From the human T2T-CHM13v2.0 reference genome, Homo sapiens, in NCBI RefSeq assembly GCF_009914755.1, contig NC_060928.1: a DNA stretch of 64,000 nucleotides. One strand, 5' to 3'. The notes below the pieces were generated by a model that ran no database searches, was not told the origin of the DNA, and saw only the letters and a program-made list of their open reading frames with translations. The position numbers were made by a program, and so were the translations under genes. Positions 43,541-57,577 of the stretch are shown here, piece by piece; positions within the stretch are counted from its first letter, which is position 1; every line of letters starts with the position of its first letter.

Positions 43541-45266
43541 TATATAATGACTTCTTTTCCTCTGAGTAGATACCTAGTGGTAGGATTGCTGGATCAAACT
43601 GTAGTTCTTTTAGTTCTTTACGGAATACTGCTTTCCATAGTGGTTTTTCTAGTTTACATTCCCAAAAGCAGTGTAGTAGTGTTCCCTTTTCACCGCATCC
43701 AAACCAACATCCCAGCCAACATTTTTTGGTTTTTAAATTATGGCCATTCTTGTGGGAATAAGGTGGTATTGCACTGTGGTTTTGATTTGCATTTCCCTGA
43801 TCATTAGTGATGTTTGACCATTATTTCATATGTCTGTCAGCCATTTGTATATCTACTTTTGAGAATTGTCTATTCATGTCCTTAGCCTACTTTTTGATGG
43901 GATTGTTTGTTTCTTTCTTGCTAATTTGTTTGAGGTCGTTTTAGATTCTGGATAGTAGTCCTTTGTCAGAGGTATAGATTGTGAAGATTTTCTCCCACTC
44001 TGTGGGTTGCCTGTTTACTTTGCCGACTATTCCTTTTGCCGTGCAAAAGCTCTTTAGTTTAATTAAGTTCCACCTACTTATCTTTGTTTTTAACTGCATT
44101 TTCTTTTGGATTCTTGGTCATGAAATCCTTGCCTAAGCCAATGACTAAAAGGGTTTTTCCCATGTTATCTTCTAGAATTTTTACAGTTTCAGCTCTTAGA
44201 TTTAAGTCCCTGATCCATCTTGTGTTGATTTTTGTATAAAGTGAGCAACGAGCATTCTCTTTCATTATTCTACATGTGGCTTGCCAATTATTGCAGCACC
44301 ATTTGTTGAATAGGGTTTCCTTTCTCTACTTTATGTTTTTGTTTGCTTTGTTGAAGATTAGTTGACTGTAAGTTTTTGGGTTTATTTCTGGGTTCTCTAG
44401 TCTGTTCCATTCGTCTATGTGCCTATTTTTATACCAGTACCTTATAGTATATGTTTTGAACTATGGCCTCATAACATGGTTTGAAATCAGGTAATGTGAT
44501 GCCTCCAGATTTGTTCTTTTTGTTTAGTCTTGCTTTGATTATGTGGGCTGTTTTTTGTTTTCATATGAATTTTAGGATTGTTTTTTCTAGTTCTGTGAAG
44601 AATGATAGTAATATTTCTATGGGAATTGCATTTAATTTGTAGATTGCTTTTGGCAGTGTGGTCATTTTCACAATATTGATTCTACCTATCCATGAGCATG
44701 GGATATATTTCCATTTGTTTGTGTCACGTATGATTTCTTTCACCAGTGTTTTGTAGTTTTTCTTGTAGAGATCTTTCACCTCCTTGCTTAAGTATATTCC
44801 TAAGAATTTTGTTTTATTTTATTTTATTTTTTGCAGCTACTGTAAAAGGGGTTGAGTTCTTGATTCTCAGTTTGGTTGCTGTTGGTGTACAGAAGAGCTA
44901 CTGATTTGTGTACATTAATTTTGTACACAAATTTGATGAATTCATTTATCAGTTCTAGGAGCTCTTTGGAGGAGTCTTTAGGGTTTTCTGGGTATAGAAT
45001 CATATCATCATCACACAGCAACAACAGTTTGACTTCCTCTTTACCAATTTGGATGGCTTTTACTTCTTTCTTTTGTCTGATTGCTTGTGCTAGGACTTCC
45101 AGTACTATATGGAATAAAAGCAAAGAAAGTGGGCATCCTTGTCTCGTTCCAATTCTCAGAGGGAATGCTTTCAACTTTTCCCCATTCAGCGTTATGTTGG
45201 CTGTGGGTTTACCATAGATAGCTTTTATTACATTGAGGTATGTCCTCTGTATGGCGACTTTGCTGA

Positions 45267-45626
<360 letters not shown>

Positions 45627-48600
45627 TGAGATGATGATAATGTGATTTTTGTTTTTAATTCTGCTTATGTGGTATATCACATTTATCGACTTGCATTTGT
45701 TAAACCATCCCTGCATCCGTGGTATAAAATCCACTTGATCATGGTGGATTATCTTTTTGACATGCTGCTGGATTTGGCTAGCTAGTATTTTGTTGAGGAT
45801 TTCTGCATCTGTGTTCATCAGGGATATTCATCTGTAGTTTTCTTTTTTTGTTATGTCCTTTCCTGGTTTTGGTATTAGGGTGATACTGGCTTCATAAAAT
45901 GAGTTAGGGAGGATTCCCTCTTTCTCTGTCCTATGGAATACTGTCAGTATGATTGGTACCAATTCCTCTGAATGTCTGGTAGAATTCAGCTGTGAACCCA
46001 TCTGGTACTGGACTTTTTTTTGTTGGTAATTTTTTTTTTATTACCATTTCATTCTCGCTGCTTGTTATTGGTCTGCTCAGGGTATCTAATTCTTCCTGAT
46101 TTAAGCTAGAAGGGTTGTATCTTTGCAGGAATGTATCCATCTCCTCAAGGTTTTCTAGTTTATGCACATAAAGGTGTTCATAGTATCCTTGAATGATCTT
46201 TTGTATTTCTGTGGTGTTGGCTGTAATATCTCCTGTTTCGTTTCTAATTGAGCTTATTTGGATTTTTTCTCTTCCTTTCTTGGTTAATCTTGCTAATGAC
46301 CTATCAATTTTATCTATCTTTTCAAAGAACCAGCTTTTTCTTTCATTTATCTTTTGTAATTTTTTTTGTTTCAATTTCATTTAGTTCTGCTCCAATCTTA
46401 GTTATTTCTTTTCTTCCGCTGGGCTTGGGTTTGATGTGTTCTTGTTCATCTAATTCCTTGAGGTGTGACCTTAAGTTGTCTATTTGTGCTCTTTCAGACT
46501 TTTTGATGTAGGCAGCACTTAGGTCTATGAACTTTCCTCTTAGTACCACCTTTGCTGTATCCCAGAGGTTTTGATAGGTTGTGTATTACTGTTATCATTC
46601 AGTTCGAGGAATGTTTTGATTTCTATTTTGATTTCATTGTCAGCCCAATGATCATTCAGGAGCAGGTATTTGATTTCCATGTATTTGCATTTTGAAGGTT
46701 CCTTTTGGAATTGATTTCCAGTTTTATTCCACTGTGATCTGGTAGAGTACTTTATATAATTTCAATTTTCTTAAATTTATTGAGACTTGTTTTGTGGCCT
46801 ATCATATAGTCTATCTTGGAGAAAGTTCCATGCACTGATGAACAGAACATATATACTGTGGTTGTGGTGTAGAATGTTCTGTAAATAGCTGTTAAGTCAA
46901 TTTGTTCTAGGGTGTAGTTTAAATCCACTGTTTCTTTGTTGACTTTCTGTCTTGACATGTCTAGTGCTGCCAGTGGAGTATTGAAGTCCCCCATTATTAA
47001 TGTGTTGCTGTGTATTTCATTTCTTAGGTCTAGTAGTAACTGTTTTATAAATTTGGGTGCTCCAGTGTTAGGTGCGTATATATTTAGGATTGTGATATTT
47101 TCCTGTTGGACAAGGCCTTTTATCATTATATAATGTCCCTCTTTGTTTTTTTAACTGCTGTTGCCTTAAAGTCTGTTTTGTTTGAAATAAGAATAACTGT
47201 TACTGCTTGCTTTTGGTGTCCATTTGCATGAAATATCTTTTTCTACCCCTTTACCTTACATTTATGTAAGTCCTTATATGTTAGGTGAGTCTCTTGAAGG
47301 CAGCAAATAGTTGGTTGAAGGCAGCAGATGGTTGGTGAATTCTTATCTATTCTGCAATTCTGTTTCTTTTAAGTAGAATATTTAGGCTATTTACTTTCAA
47401 TGTTAGTATTGTGATGCGAGGTACCATTCCATTCATTGTGCTGTTTGTTGCCTGTTTACCTTGTTTTCTTTTTCTTTTTTTTACATTGTATTTTTGTTTC
47501 ATTGGTCCTGTGAGATTTATGCTTTAAAGAGGTTCTGTTTTGATGTGTTTCCATGATTTGTTTCAAGCCTTAGAGTTCCTTTTAGCAGTTCTTGTAGTGC
47601 TGGATTGGTACAGGTGAATTCTCTCAGCATTTGTTTGTCTGCAAAAGACTGTATCTTTCCTTCATTTATAAAGCTTAGTTTCACTGGGTACAAAGTTCTT
47701 GTTTTGTTTAAGGAGGCTGTAATTGTTTTGTTTAAGGAGGCTGAAGATAGGGCCCCAATCCCTCCCAGCTTGTAGTATTTCTGCTGAGAAATCTGCTGTT
47801 AATCTGATAGGTTTTCCTTTATACATGACTTGATGCTTTTGCCTCACAGCTCTTAAGATTCTTTCCTTCGCCTTGATTTTAGATAACCTGAAGAAAATGT
47901 GCCTAGGCAATATGTTTTTGTAATGAATTTCCCAGGTGTTCTTTGAGCTTCTTGTATTTTGTTATCTAGGTCTTTAGCAAGGCCAGGGAAGTTTTCCTTG
48001 ATTATTCCCCCAAGTATGTTTTCCACACTTTTATATTTGTCTTCTTCCTTAGGAATGCCAGTTCTTCTTAGGTTTGGTTGTTTAACATAATCCCAAACTT
48101 CTTGGAGGCTTTGTTCATTTTTTTTATTGTTTTTTCTTTGTCTTTGTTGGATTATGTTAATTTGAAAACCTTGTCTTCAAGCTCTGAAGTTCTTTCTTCT
48201 GCTTGTTCAATTCTATTGCTGAGACTTTCCAGAACATTTTGCATTTCTCTAAGTGCATACTTTATTTCCTGAAGTTTTGATTATTTTTTATTTATGCTAT
48301 CTATTTCACTGAAGATTTCTCCCCTCATTTCTTGTATCATATTATTGATTTCCTTAAGTTGGACTTCACCTTTCTCTGGTGCCTCTTTGATTAGCTTAAT
48401 AACTGACCTTCTCAATTCCTTTTCAGGTAAATCAGGAATTTCCTCTTTGTTTAGATTCATTACTGGTAAGCTAATGTGATTTTTGGGGGGTGTTAAAAAA
48501 CCTTGTTTTGTCATATTACCAGAATTGTTTTTCTGGTTCCTTCCTATTTAGGTAGGCTATGACAGAGTGAAGATCTAGGGCTCAAGGCTGCTGTTCAGAT

Positions 48601-49107
48601 TCTTTTGTCCCACAAGATGTTCCCCTGATGTAGTACTCTCCCCCTTTTCCTAGGGATTTGGCTCCCTGAGAGCCGAGCTATAGTGATTGTTATCTCTCTT
48701 CTGGATCTAGCCACCCTGTAGGTCTACCAGGCTCCAGTCTTGTACTGGGGGTTGTCTGCACAGAGTCCTGTGATGTGAACTGTCTGTAGGTCTCTCATCC
48801 ACGGCTACCAGCACAGTATTTCGGGTGTCTCCTGGGTCCTTGAGGATTAATCTGCTTCCTTCAGAGGGTCTGAGGGTTCTCTTGGCTTTCTTGGTTTATT
48901 CCTGCAGTAGTTCTGAAGGCAAAGTTCATGATGCAAGTCTCCACACACTTCTCTGCCTGTCTGAGTGGGAGCTGCAACCTGGTCTTGCCTCCTGCCCGCC
49001 ATGATCTCTGAGAATTTGTTTTTCTTATAGGTTGTCTTTAAGATTTTTTTTCTGTCATCAGTGATCAGCACTTTCACTACAAGTTATTTAGATTGTATAA
49101 AGAATTT

Positions 49108-51130
49108 GGAAGTCCTAGTCAGAGGAACTAGGCAAGAGAAAGAAATAAAGGGCACCCAAATTGGAAAAGAAAAAAATCAAAGTGTCTCTGTTGCCAATGA
49201 TATGGTCATTTACCTAGAAAACCCTAAAGACTCCTCCAAAAGATTCCTAGATTTGATAAGTAAATTCAGTAAAGTCTCACGTTACAAAATCAATGTATGC
49301 AAATTGGTAGCCTTTCTATACATCAACAGCAACAAAGCTGAGAATCAAGTCAATAACTCAATCCTTTTTATAATAGCTGCAAACAATTTTAAAATACCTA
49401 AGAATGTACTTAACCAAGGAGGTAAAAGATTTCTACAAGGAGAACTACAAAACATAACTGAAATAAATAATAGATGTCACAAACAAATGTAAACAGTTTC
49501 CATGCTCATGGATTGGAAGAATCAATATAGTGAAAATGACCACACTATCCAAAGCAATCTACAGATTCAGTGCAATTCCTATCAAAACACCAGCATCATT
49601 TTTCACAGAATTAGAAAAAAACAATCCTAAAATTCATATGGAACCAAAAAAGAGACCAAATAGCCGAAGCAATCTTTAGCTAAAAGAACAAATCTGGAGA
49701 CATCACGTTACCTTACTTCAAATTATGCTACAAGACTATATTAACCAAAATGGCATGGTGCTGGTATAAAAGTAGGTACACAGACCAATGAAATAGAATA
49801 GATAACTCAGAAATAAAGCCATAAACACTTACAATCAATTGATCTATAACAAAACATGAAAAGATAAAAATGGGGAAATAACACCCTATTCAATAAATGG
49901 TGTTGGGCAAACTGGATAGCCACATGTAGAAGAATGGGACTGGATTCCTATCTCTTATCATATACAAAAATCAACTGAAGATGGCTCAGAGAATTAAATA
50001 TAAGATCTGAAGCCATACAAATTCTAGGAGAAAATAGGAAAAACTTTTTGGGACGTTGGCATAGGCAAAGAATATATGACTAAGACCCCAAAAGCATAAA
50101 CAACAAAATAAATAAATAAATGAATCCTAATTAAACTAAAAAAACTTCTGCACAGCAAAAGAAATAACCAATAGAGTAAACATACAACCCACAGAATGGG
50201 AGAAAATATTTGCAAACTCTGCATCCAACAAAGGACTAATATCCAGAATCTACAAGGAACTCAAAGAAATCAGCAAGAACAAAAAATCCCATTAAAAAGT
50301 GGGCACATGACATGAATAAACATTTCTCAAAAGAAGGTATACAAATGGCCAACGAACATATGAAAAAGTGCTCTATATCACTAATGATCAGGGAAATGCA
50401 AATCAAAACCACAATGCAATACCCACCTTACCCCAGCCAGAGTGGCCATTATTAAAATGTCAAAAAAAAAATAGATGTTGATGTGGATGTGGTGAAAAGG
50501 AAACACTTACACACTGCTGGTGGGAATGTAAATTAGTACAACCTCTATGAAAAACTGTATGGAAAATTCTCAAAGTGGAAAAAGTAGATCTACCATTTGA
50601 TCCAGCAATCCCACTGTTGGGCATTTACCCACAGGAAAAGAAGTCATTATGTCAAAAAGACTCCTGCATACATATGTTTATTATAGCACAATTCATAATT
50701 GCAAAGATATGGAACCAACCTAAGTGCCCATCAACCAATGAGTGGATAAAGAAAATGTGTTATATATACTCCATGGAATACTACTTAACCATAAATAAGA
50801 ATGAAATAATGTCTTTTGTAGCAACTAGGTTGGAACTGGAGGCTATTATTTTGAATTAAGTAACTCAGGAATGGGAAACCAAGTACTGTATGTTTTCACT
50901 TATAAGTGGGAACTAAGTTATGGATATGCAAAGGCATGCAGGGCGGTATAATAGACATTAGAGACTCAGAAGTGGGGAGGATGGGAGAGGAGTGAGGGAT
51001 TAAAAAACTACATATTGGGTATAATGCACACTACTCGATTGACAGGTATGCTAAAATTTCACCACTACAAAATTCATTCATATAACCAGAAAACGCTTGT
51101 GCCCCTAAAGCCATTGAAATAAAACAAAAA
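49108..51130 (+). mobile_element. L1PB3/4-like, 5'-truncated
   Basis: ORF2 C-terminal remnants ([19 protein letters not shown]); 3'UTR and A tail; probable TSD AAAKAATTTGG. Confidence 0.88.
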
Positions 51131-52379
51131 TAATTTGGTTTTACAAATTCACATTGATACTCATTAGACATCTTGACCCTGAGGAATCATGACTTCCATT
51201 TTTTCTTGATGATTCTTTATAATTATCTCTAGGAATCTTCCTTTTTCCCATTCTTCTCTCCTCTCCTCTTTTATGTGTGAGTAGATATATGTGGGTTCTT
51301 TCATTTTATGTTTCATGTCACGTTTTTCTTCCTACATCCTATTTTTTTCTAATTGTGTTACATTTTGAATAGTGTCTCCAGATATATACTCTACTTCATT
51401 AGGTTATTTTCAATCTTTATTTAACCTAATCCTTACCTCTAAATTTTTAAATCACCCATTATATGTTTTATTTTTCACAGTTCTATTTGTTTATCATTTC
51501 AAATTGTCTAGTCTTTTTGAGCAATATCTTATTTCCCATCTATTTAAGTTTTGCTTTTCTCTTTATGATTTTAAGTATTATTATATGACATATCTGATGA
51601 ATCTCTCATTTGAGTATATGGTATTAGGAGTATATTTCTGCCATCCATTTGTTGTATGTTGACTCTGGCTCATTCTGGATTTTTTCTTAATGCGTTTTTT
51701 AAATTTTGTACGGGGAAATCATCCTCAGCTGGTGTTATCTGTTAGAATCCCGGAAGGATGGCTTGGTGATTTATCCATACAGTGAAGTCTTGGGTTTGCA
51801 CCTGCCAGGCTTCTTAGAAACATTACCACTTTGGAAAACACTTTTTGTATTAACTTTCCAGACCATGGTTAAATTTAAATCTCTAACCTTGTTAAAGCAG
51901 ACCTTTGGATACAGTTTGAGGGGAGATTTTTTTTTTTCACCCAGAGCCAAGTATGACACAAAGTTCCTTTGTCATATCCATTTTCAAGTGTAGAGATTTT
52001 AATGAAGCTCACACTTTCCTGGTGGATGATGTCCTTCAAGGTTCAAAGTTGTATGAGTCACCTTCATTCCAACTCATCAACTCGCAGGTGCCCAGGGCTT
52101 CACATGGCCTTTAAAGGCCAAGCCTCTTGATTACTCAGCCCAGCAAAGCCTCTATGACTGCCAAATTGCCAGTGCCTCATTATAATACTGGTTTTCAATT
52201 TCTCCTTATTTTGGAGACACTAGGGGTTTCGTTGTTATTTGTGAACTGAAACATGTGTTTATCCAAGATTGCAACAGATTTGTTTCAAGAGGTTTTTTTT
52301 TCACTATCAAATATAAAAAAATCCTGGAATGAAAAGCTGAGCTCAAAACTCTCAATGTAAAACCATACACTAGGTTTTT

Positions 52380-52960
52380 CAGTAGCTGATGATCACTGCT
52401 GAGAAATGCAAATTACTGCTCAATTAAGGAAATGGCTTAAGGCATTAAACTATACTATATTAAAAATATGTATTCTTTGAATAGTATTAAAGGATAACAA
52501 TATAATTTATGAAAAAATTATACTGTTAAAAATTAAGAGCAACAAAGATCTTTTATTGTGTGGTTATAGCTATCATTGTTTACCATGTTACAAATTAAAA
52601 CTAAGAAAATGTAAAAGGTTTTATTTGGTAATTTATTTAATAAGAGCTTTAATAAGCCCATTACATTTTAACATGCATAAAATAGTTTTATAAAAATGAA
52701 TGTGTTTTTCACACTATAAAGCAGTGAGAGGAGTGGCACTGTTTTACACTTTTCATTATCTCTTTAATGTCTAGCTTTATGGAGAAGAGCTAGATTATCT
52801 TTTCTACATTCTCATTTCTGCATTCATTGTATTATAATCTTTGATAAAATTATATAATAAAAATGCAGACTCACAGAGATACATGTAGTTGGAAGATGAG
52901 TGAGCATTTTAATAGCTTTTTCAGATGATTATGAGTAATCTTTTTTGATTCTGCATCTTT
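52380..52960. mobile_element. Charlie1-like hAT DNA transposon fragment
   Basis: gagaggagtggcactgttttacac...tctctttaatgtctagctt motif. Confidence 0.6.
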
Positions 52961-54660
52961 CTAGCCAGCAAACTTCAAGGAGGTATATCCAGGCACTTGG
53001 CTACCTACTTAGAATAGCATGGAGTTGGGGGAATATTGAGGACTATTGATGGAGTTGGGAGAATATTGAGTACTACTGCACTGTGAAGCCCCATGATCCT
53101 ATAGTTATAGACACACAGATACTGCAAAAGTTTTCAAAACTCCTTCCTCACCTTAAAGCTTTTTCTGTCTTTTCCAGTAGTCCCATTCTCTTTCTTAACT
53201 TTTCTCCTCCTGAAAATTTCCAAACATCACATAGCAAAGGTTCAGAGAAAACCAGAAAAGACAATGCAGTATGAATAGAACAACGCAGTATAGAAGCAGA
53301 CTCAGAAAGTAGAAATGAGAGACAGAGTGATAAAAGAGGCCTAGAATGAATTGTCAAAGAACAGAAAATAATACATAGTAGGGAGAGAAGAGCGAGAGAA
53401 AGCAAGCAGTAGGACAGGTGAGAAAAAACAGGAGATAGACACAAATACCCAAAGAACAGGGGTGGAGGATTGAGGCAGATATAAGGATAATTATTATTAT
53501 TTTCTTTTTATCAGAAAGAGAGCTACTTTACAGAACAGTAAGGGTAATAATATAAGAAAATAGCTAGCATGGTATATCCAGCATAATATTTTGTCATAAA
53601 GGAGGCTCCAGGAGACTGTGGTGTTCATCTATGGTTGTCACGCACTCCACCTCCCTCCAAAGTTTAAGCGTCTGCTAATGACACCATCCCACCATTTTTA
53701 CTTAGAAAAAGTCATCAGGTGACCACCACCACGGTGGTATCAAAAACCTTTTGGAATTCTTTTTCTAAGTTTATTCTATCTGACTCTCAGGATATAGTAG
53801 TAGATAATTTATTTTCCCATTGTGTAAAATACTATTTTTTCCAATTTATAAGTTAACTTATTTCATATTTCAAAGATTTCTGTCTTAAGCAAGTATCTCA
53901 TTTTTACAAATTGAAAATTTTATCTTTTGGTTTTAATCCAGTTCAACAGTTCTGCAGCATCCTAATAGTTTCTGATTCCCATTGTTGGGCTTCATTTCTA
54001 TTTTTGTTTTTGTTTATGACTTTGTATAATACCCGAGTAATGAATAGAATGATGCAGTATGGAAGAAGTAATATTGTAATTCTTACATTTTATTTTAAAA
54101 ATAACCACCTTTTTTTTTCCTGAGATATCACAGAAGACCAATGTCCTAAGTGTTTATAATGATTGCCTAGGCCTTTATCTAGATTGTTGCTGGCTTCAAG
54201 TTTTTGCCATTCCATTAGTAAAGTTTGAATTATCCCTCCACAAGCAACTTGCTTTCTGGATCTTGTTATATAGAAATTCATTTGCCATTTTTATGCCGTC
54301 TCATAGCAAAAGAGATTTCTGCACTTTATCTCCTTTACCTTGCAATTTCACCGCAATAAAAAGTTTACACCATTTATAGACTTGGAGATTTGGCTATGGC
54401 CTGCTTCCTCCAAATTATTTATAAAACTATAAAAGAACACTTCAGAGATGAGTTTATTTATCATTATCCTGTACTCCTTACTCAAGACCATTGTAAAACC
54501 ATGGCTCTAATAACTTGGTAACTCAATGTATTTCAGTAATGTTTGATGTAGAACAATATCTGAAAATCTAAATTATAACTACTGATCCTCATTTTTCTCA
54601 TATTATTGTAGATAAATGCCAGTTTTCTTAAAGAAAGTATGCCAGATTTATATATACGGG

Positions 54661-54662
<2 letters not shown>

Positions 54663-54697
<35 letters not shown>
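54663..54697. repeat. (TA)~17 microsatellite
   Basis: Direct read. Confidence 0.95.
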
Positions 54698-54703
<6 letters not shown>

Positions 54704-55515
54704 GTACATAATCACCTTATATATTTAATGCTTCAATTCTTTATGTTAAATTCTAACAACCTCTGTGAAATGGAAGAAAGAATAGTTGGTAGTTCTCTGT
54801 ATTCCCTCTGAAACCCTTGTTATAAGTGATTATCACTTTGGAAAGTTCCCAGCTGTCTTGTATAAAAGCTTGAGTGTTCTGTGAAGTATCCCACAATTGC
54901 ATACCTTGAATTTTTCCAATCTTATAGGTCAGTGACATCCAGGTAAATTATTTATATTTTCTTAGTGATTTGCTCTGAAATAACATGTAGCTTTACTTTT
55001 ATGCACTTTAGAAATTTCAAAATATCAATTTCCAGAGCAATTTGAGAATAAGAAGCTCCCTAAACATTTCCCCAGTAAAGATGCAGACAAATTGTTTATT
55101 ATTCCTAGTTGCTCTCTCTTTTCAACTCCAGATTGTCCTTTTCTACCACAATCCTTAAGCAATTCCATGAATTTCCTACCTGAATTTCTCTCTTTACAAT
55201 GATTAGTTTAGAAACGCCTATTACAGTCCCTTCAATATATATTTTATCCCCCCTTGTTTGTACTTATGAATATTTCAGTCAAATTATCCTCTGAAACAAT
55301 CATAGTAGATGTGAAATGGTCTAGATATCAGGATCAGGGCAGGAATTTCAGATATCCAACCCCACCTCAACTCTTACTCCCCAGTCATATGCTAGCTGCA
55401 AAGAACAATTTCATATCTGAATTATTGAAAGGGAACAATAAATCTGTAGTTAAGGAGAACACATTTTTTACAGAAGTTTTGAGTACAGAAGGGGATAGAA
55501 TCCAGGGAAAGTACA

Positions 55516-55700
55516 ATAGCGGTTTTCAAAGTGTGGTCCCCAGATCAGCACCATAGGCATCATCTGGGAACTTGTCACAGATGTTCATTTTTAAGTCCCA
55601 CCCTGTTCCAGACTGACTCAGATACTCAATGAAGTAGAAGTCGGTGTTTTATCAAGCCCTCCCAGTAATTCTAATGCCCACTGAGTTTGGAAACCACATT
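55516..55700. mobile_element. MER5A (hAT-Charlie MITE), with a second MER5-like fragment at ~55745-55875
   Basis: agcggttttcaaagtgtggtcccc ... agtttggaaaccac termini. Confidence 0.7.
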
Positions 55701-56269
55701 AGAGACTTAGATCCATTTGTCAAACATCAGGCAATGTCGGGAAGTACTGCTTCTCAAACGTGATTTGTGTAAGAATGATAGGCCACAGGTGGGACTAAAG
55801 ATTGTAGACTTTTTAGACGCTCCTGAGCACTGCTGCTGTTACTGCTTTGCAATCTACATTTAATTGCAAGGCCACTGATAAAATCTAGGGAAAGATCGTA
55901 CAAGAAGGTACCAGGAAAAACCGGCTACATGGGGTGACCTTGACAAGTTTGGCTCAACACTGAGGGAGCTCGACAAGTCTTGGCTTTAAAATTAAGACTC
56001 TTGATAGCTAACACAAAGAAAGGCCTTATCCCGAGTCCAGGATTTTAAGAAAGGTGATCTGACATAAAAGGTCAGTAAATAAAAAAACAGAGAATGTGTG
56101 AAGCTTTAAGCTTATGCCAGGTTAAGTTGTATGTTTTGAGACTTCATGGTGTACTATCTCAGTGATCTAGAGAAATCTGTGGAAGAAATAGATGTGTGCT
56201 TGAACTTCCCAGAAGCCATAGTAAGTAGACACAGTGAGCAAAAGTGTACTCATAAAGAAGGGGAGGAGG

Positions 56270-56495
56270 CCTAGGTTTTATCAGTGGACCTTAGCTTAGA
56301 AAGTCTACAGTTTGGGAATTGTTGTGTGACCATGGCCAAGTTACTTAATATCTCTGTTCATTGGTTTTCTCACATCGAAAATGTGGCTGAAAACAGAATC
56401 TGTGTTATAGAATTCTCATACACTTGAAATGAGTGAAGGTTTGCAAGGCACCTTGAAGAGTGCCTGATGCATAATAAAACTCAATAAATTATTTC
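56270..56495 (+). mobile_element. MIR
   Basis: tgtgtgaccatggccaagttacttaatatctctg core. Confidence 0.7.
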
Positions 56496-56613
56496 TTCTG
56501 CTTTGTCCGTATCTTTGTCTTCACTTTCTTGTTTTCCTTATTATAACATTGGCCACATTAATCTTTTCTGGTGAATGAAGAAACAATGAGGCAGAAGAAA
56601 TTATGGACATATT

Positions 56614-56922
56614 GGCCGGGCAGGGTGGCTCACGCCTGTAATCCCAGCACTTTGGGAGGCCGAGGTGGGTGGATCACCTGAGGTTGGGAGTTCGAGACCA
56701 GACTGACCAACATAGAGAAACCCCATCTCTACTAAAAATACAGAATTAGCCGGGTGTGGTGGCACATGCCTGTAATCCCAGCTACTTGGGAGACTGAGGC
56801 AGGAGAATTGCTTGAACCCAGAAGGCGGAGGTTGCGGTAAGCCGAGATCACGCCGTTTCACTCCAGCCTGGGCAACAAGAGTGAAACTCCGTCTCAAAAA
56901 ACAAAACAAAACAAACAAAAAA
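56614..56922 (+). mobile_element. AluSp-like
   Basis: gactgaccaacatagagaaacccc; TSD ~AGAAATTATG. Confidence 0.93.
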
Positions 56923-57144
56923 CCCAGAAATTATGTGCATATCAGGATAACAGAAAGTCAGATGGTAGAGAACAAATTAAGGTGATTGAGAAAGGAGAAT
57001 ACTTACAAAAATAACAAATACTTATGTCAAACATTTTCACGAAAAGAAACTGAAAATCCCATATCCTGTATAGAGCACAAAAAATTAATGTGAAGCTATC
57101 ACTATTAAGAGCTGCTTTCAGAAATGTCAAAGTAGTAATACTAA

Positions 57145-57577
<433 letters not shown>

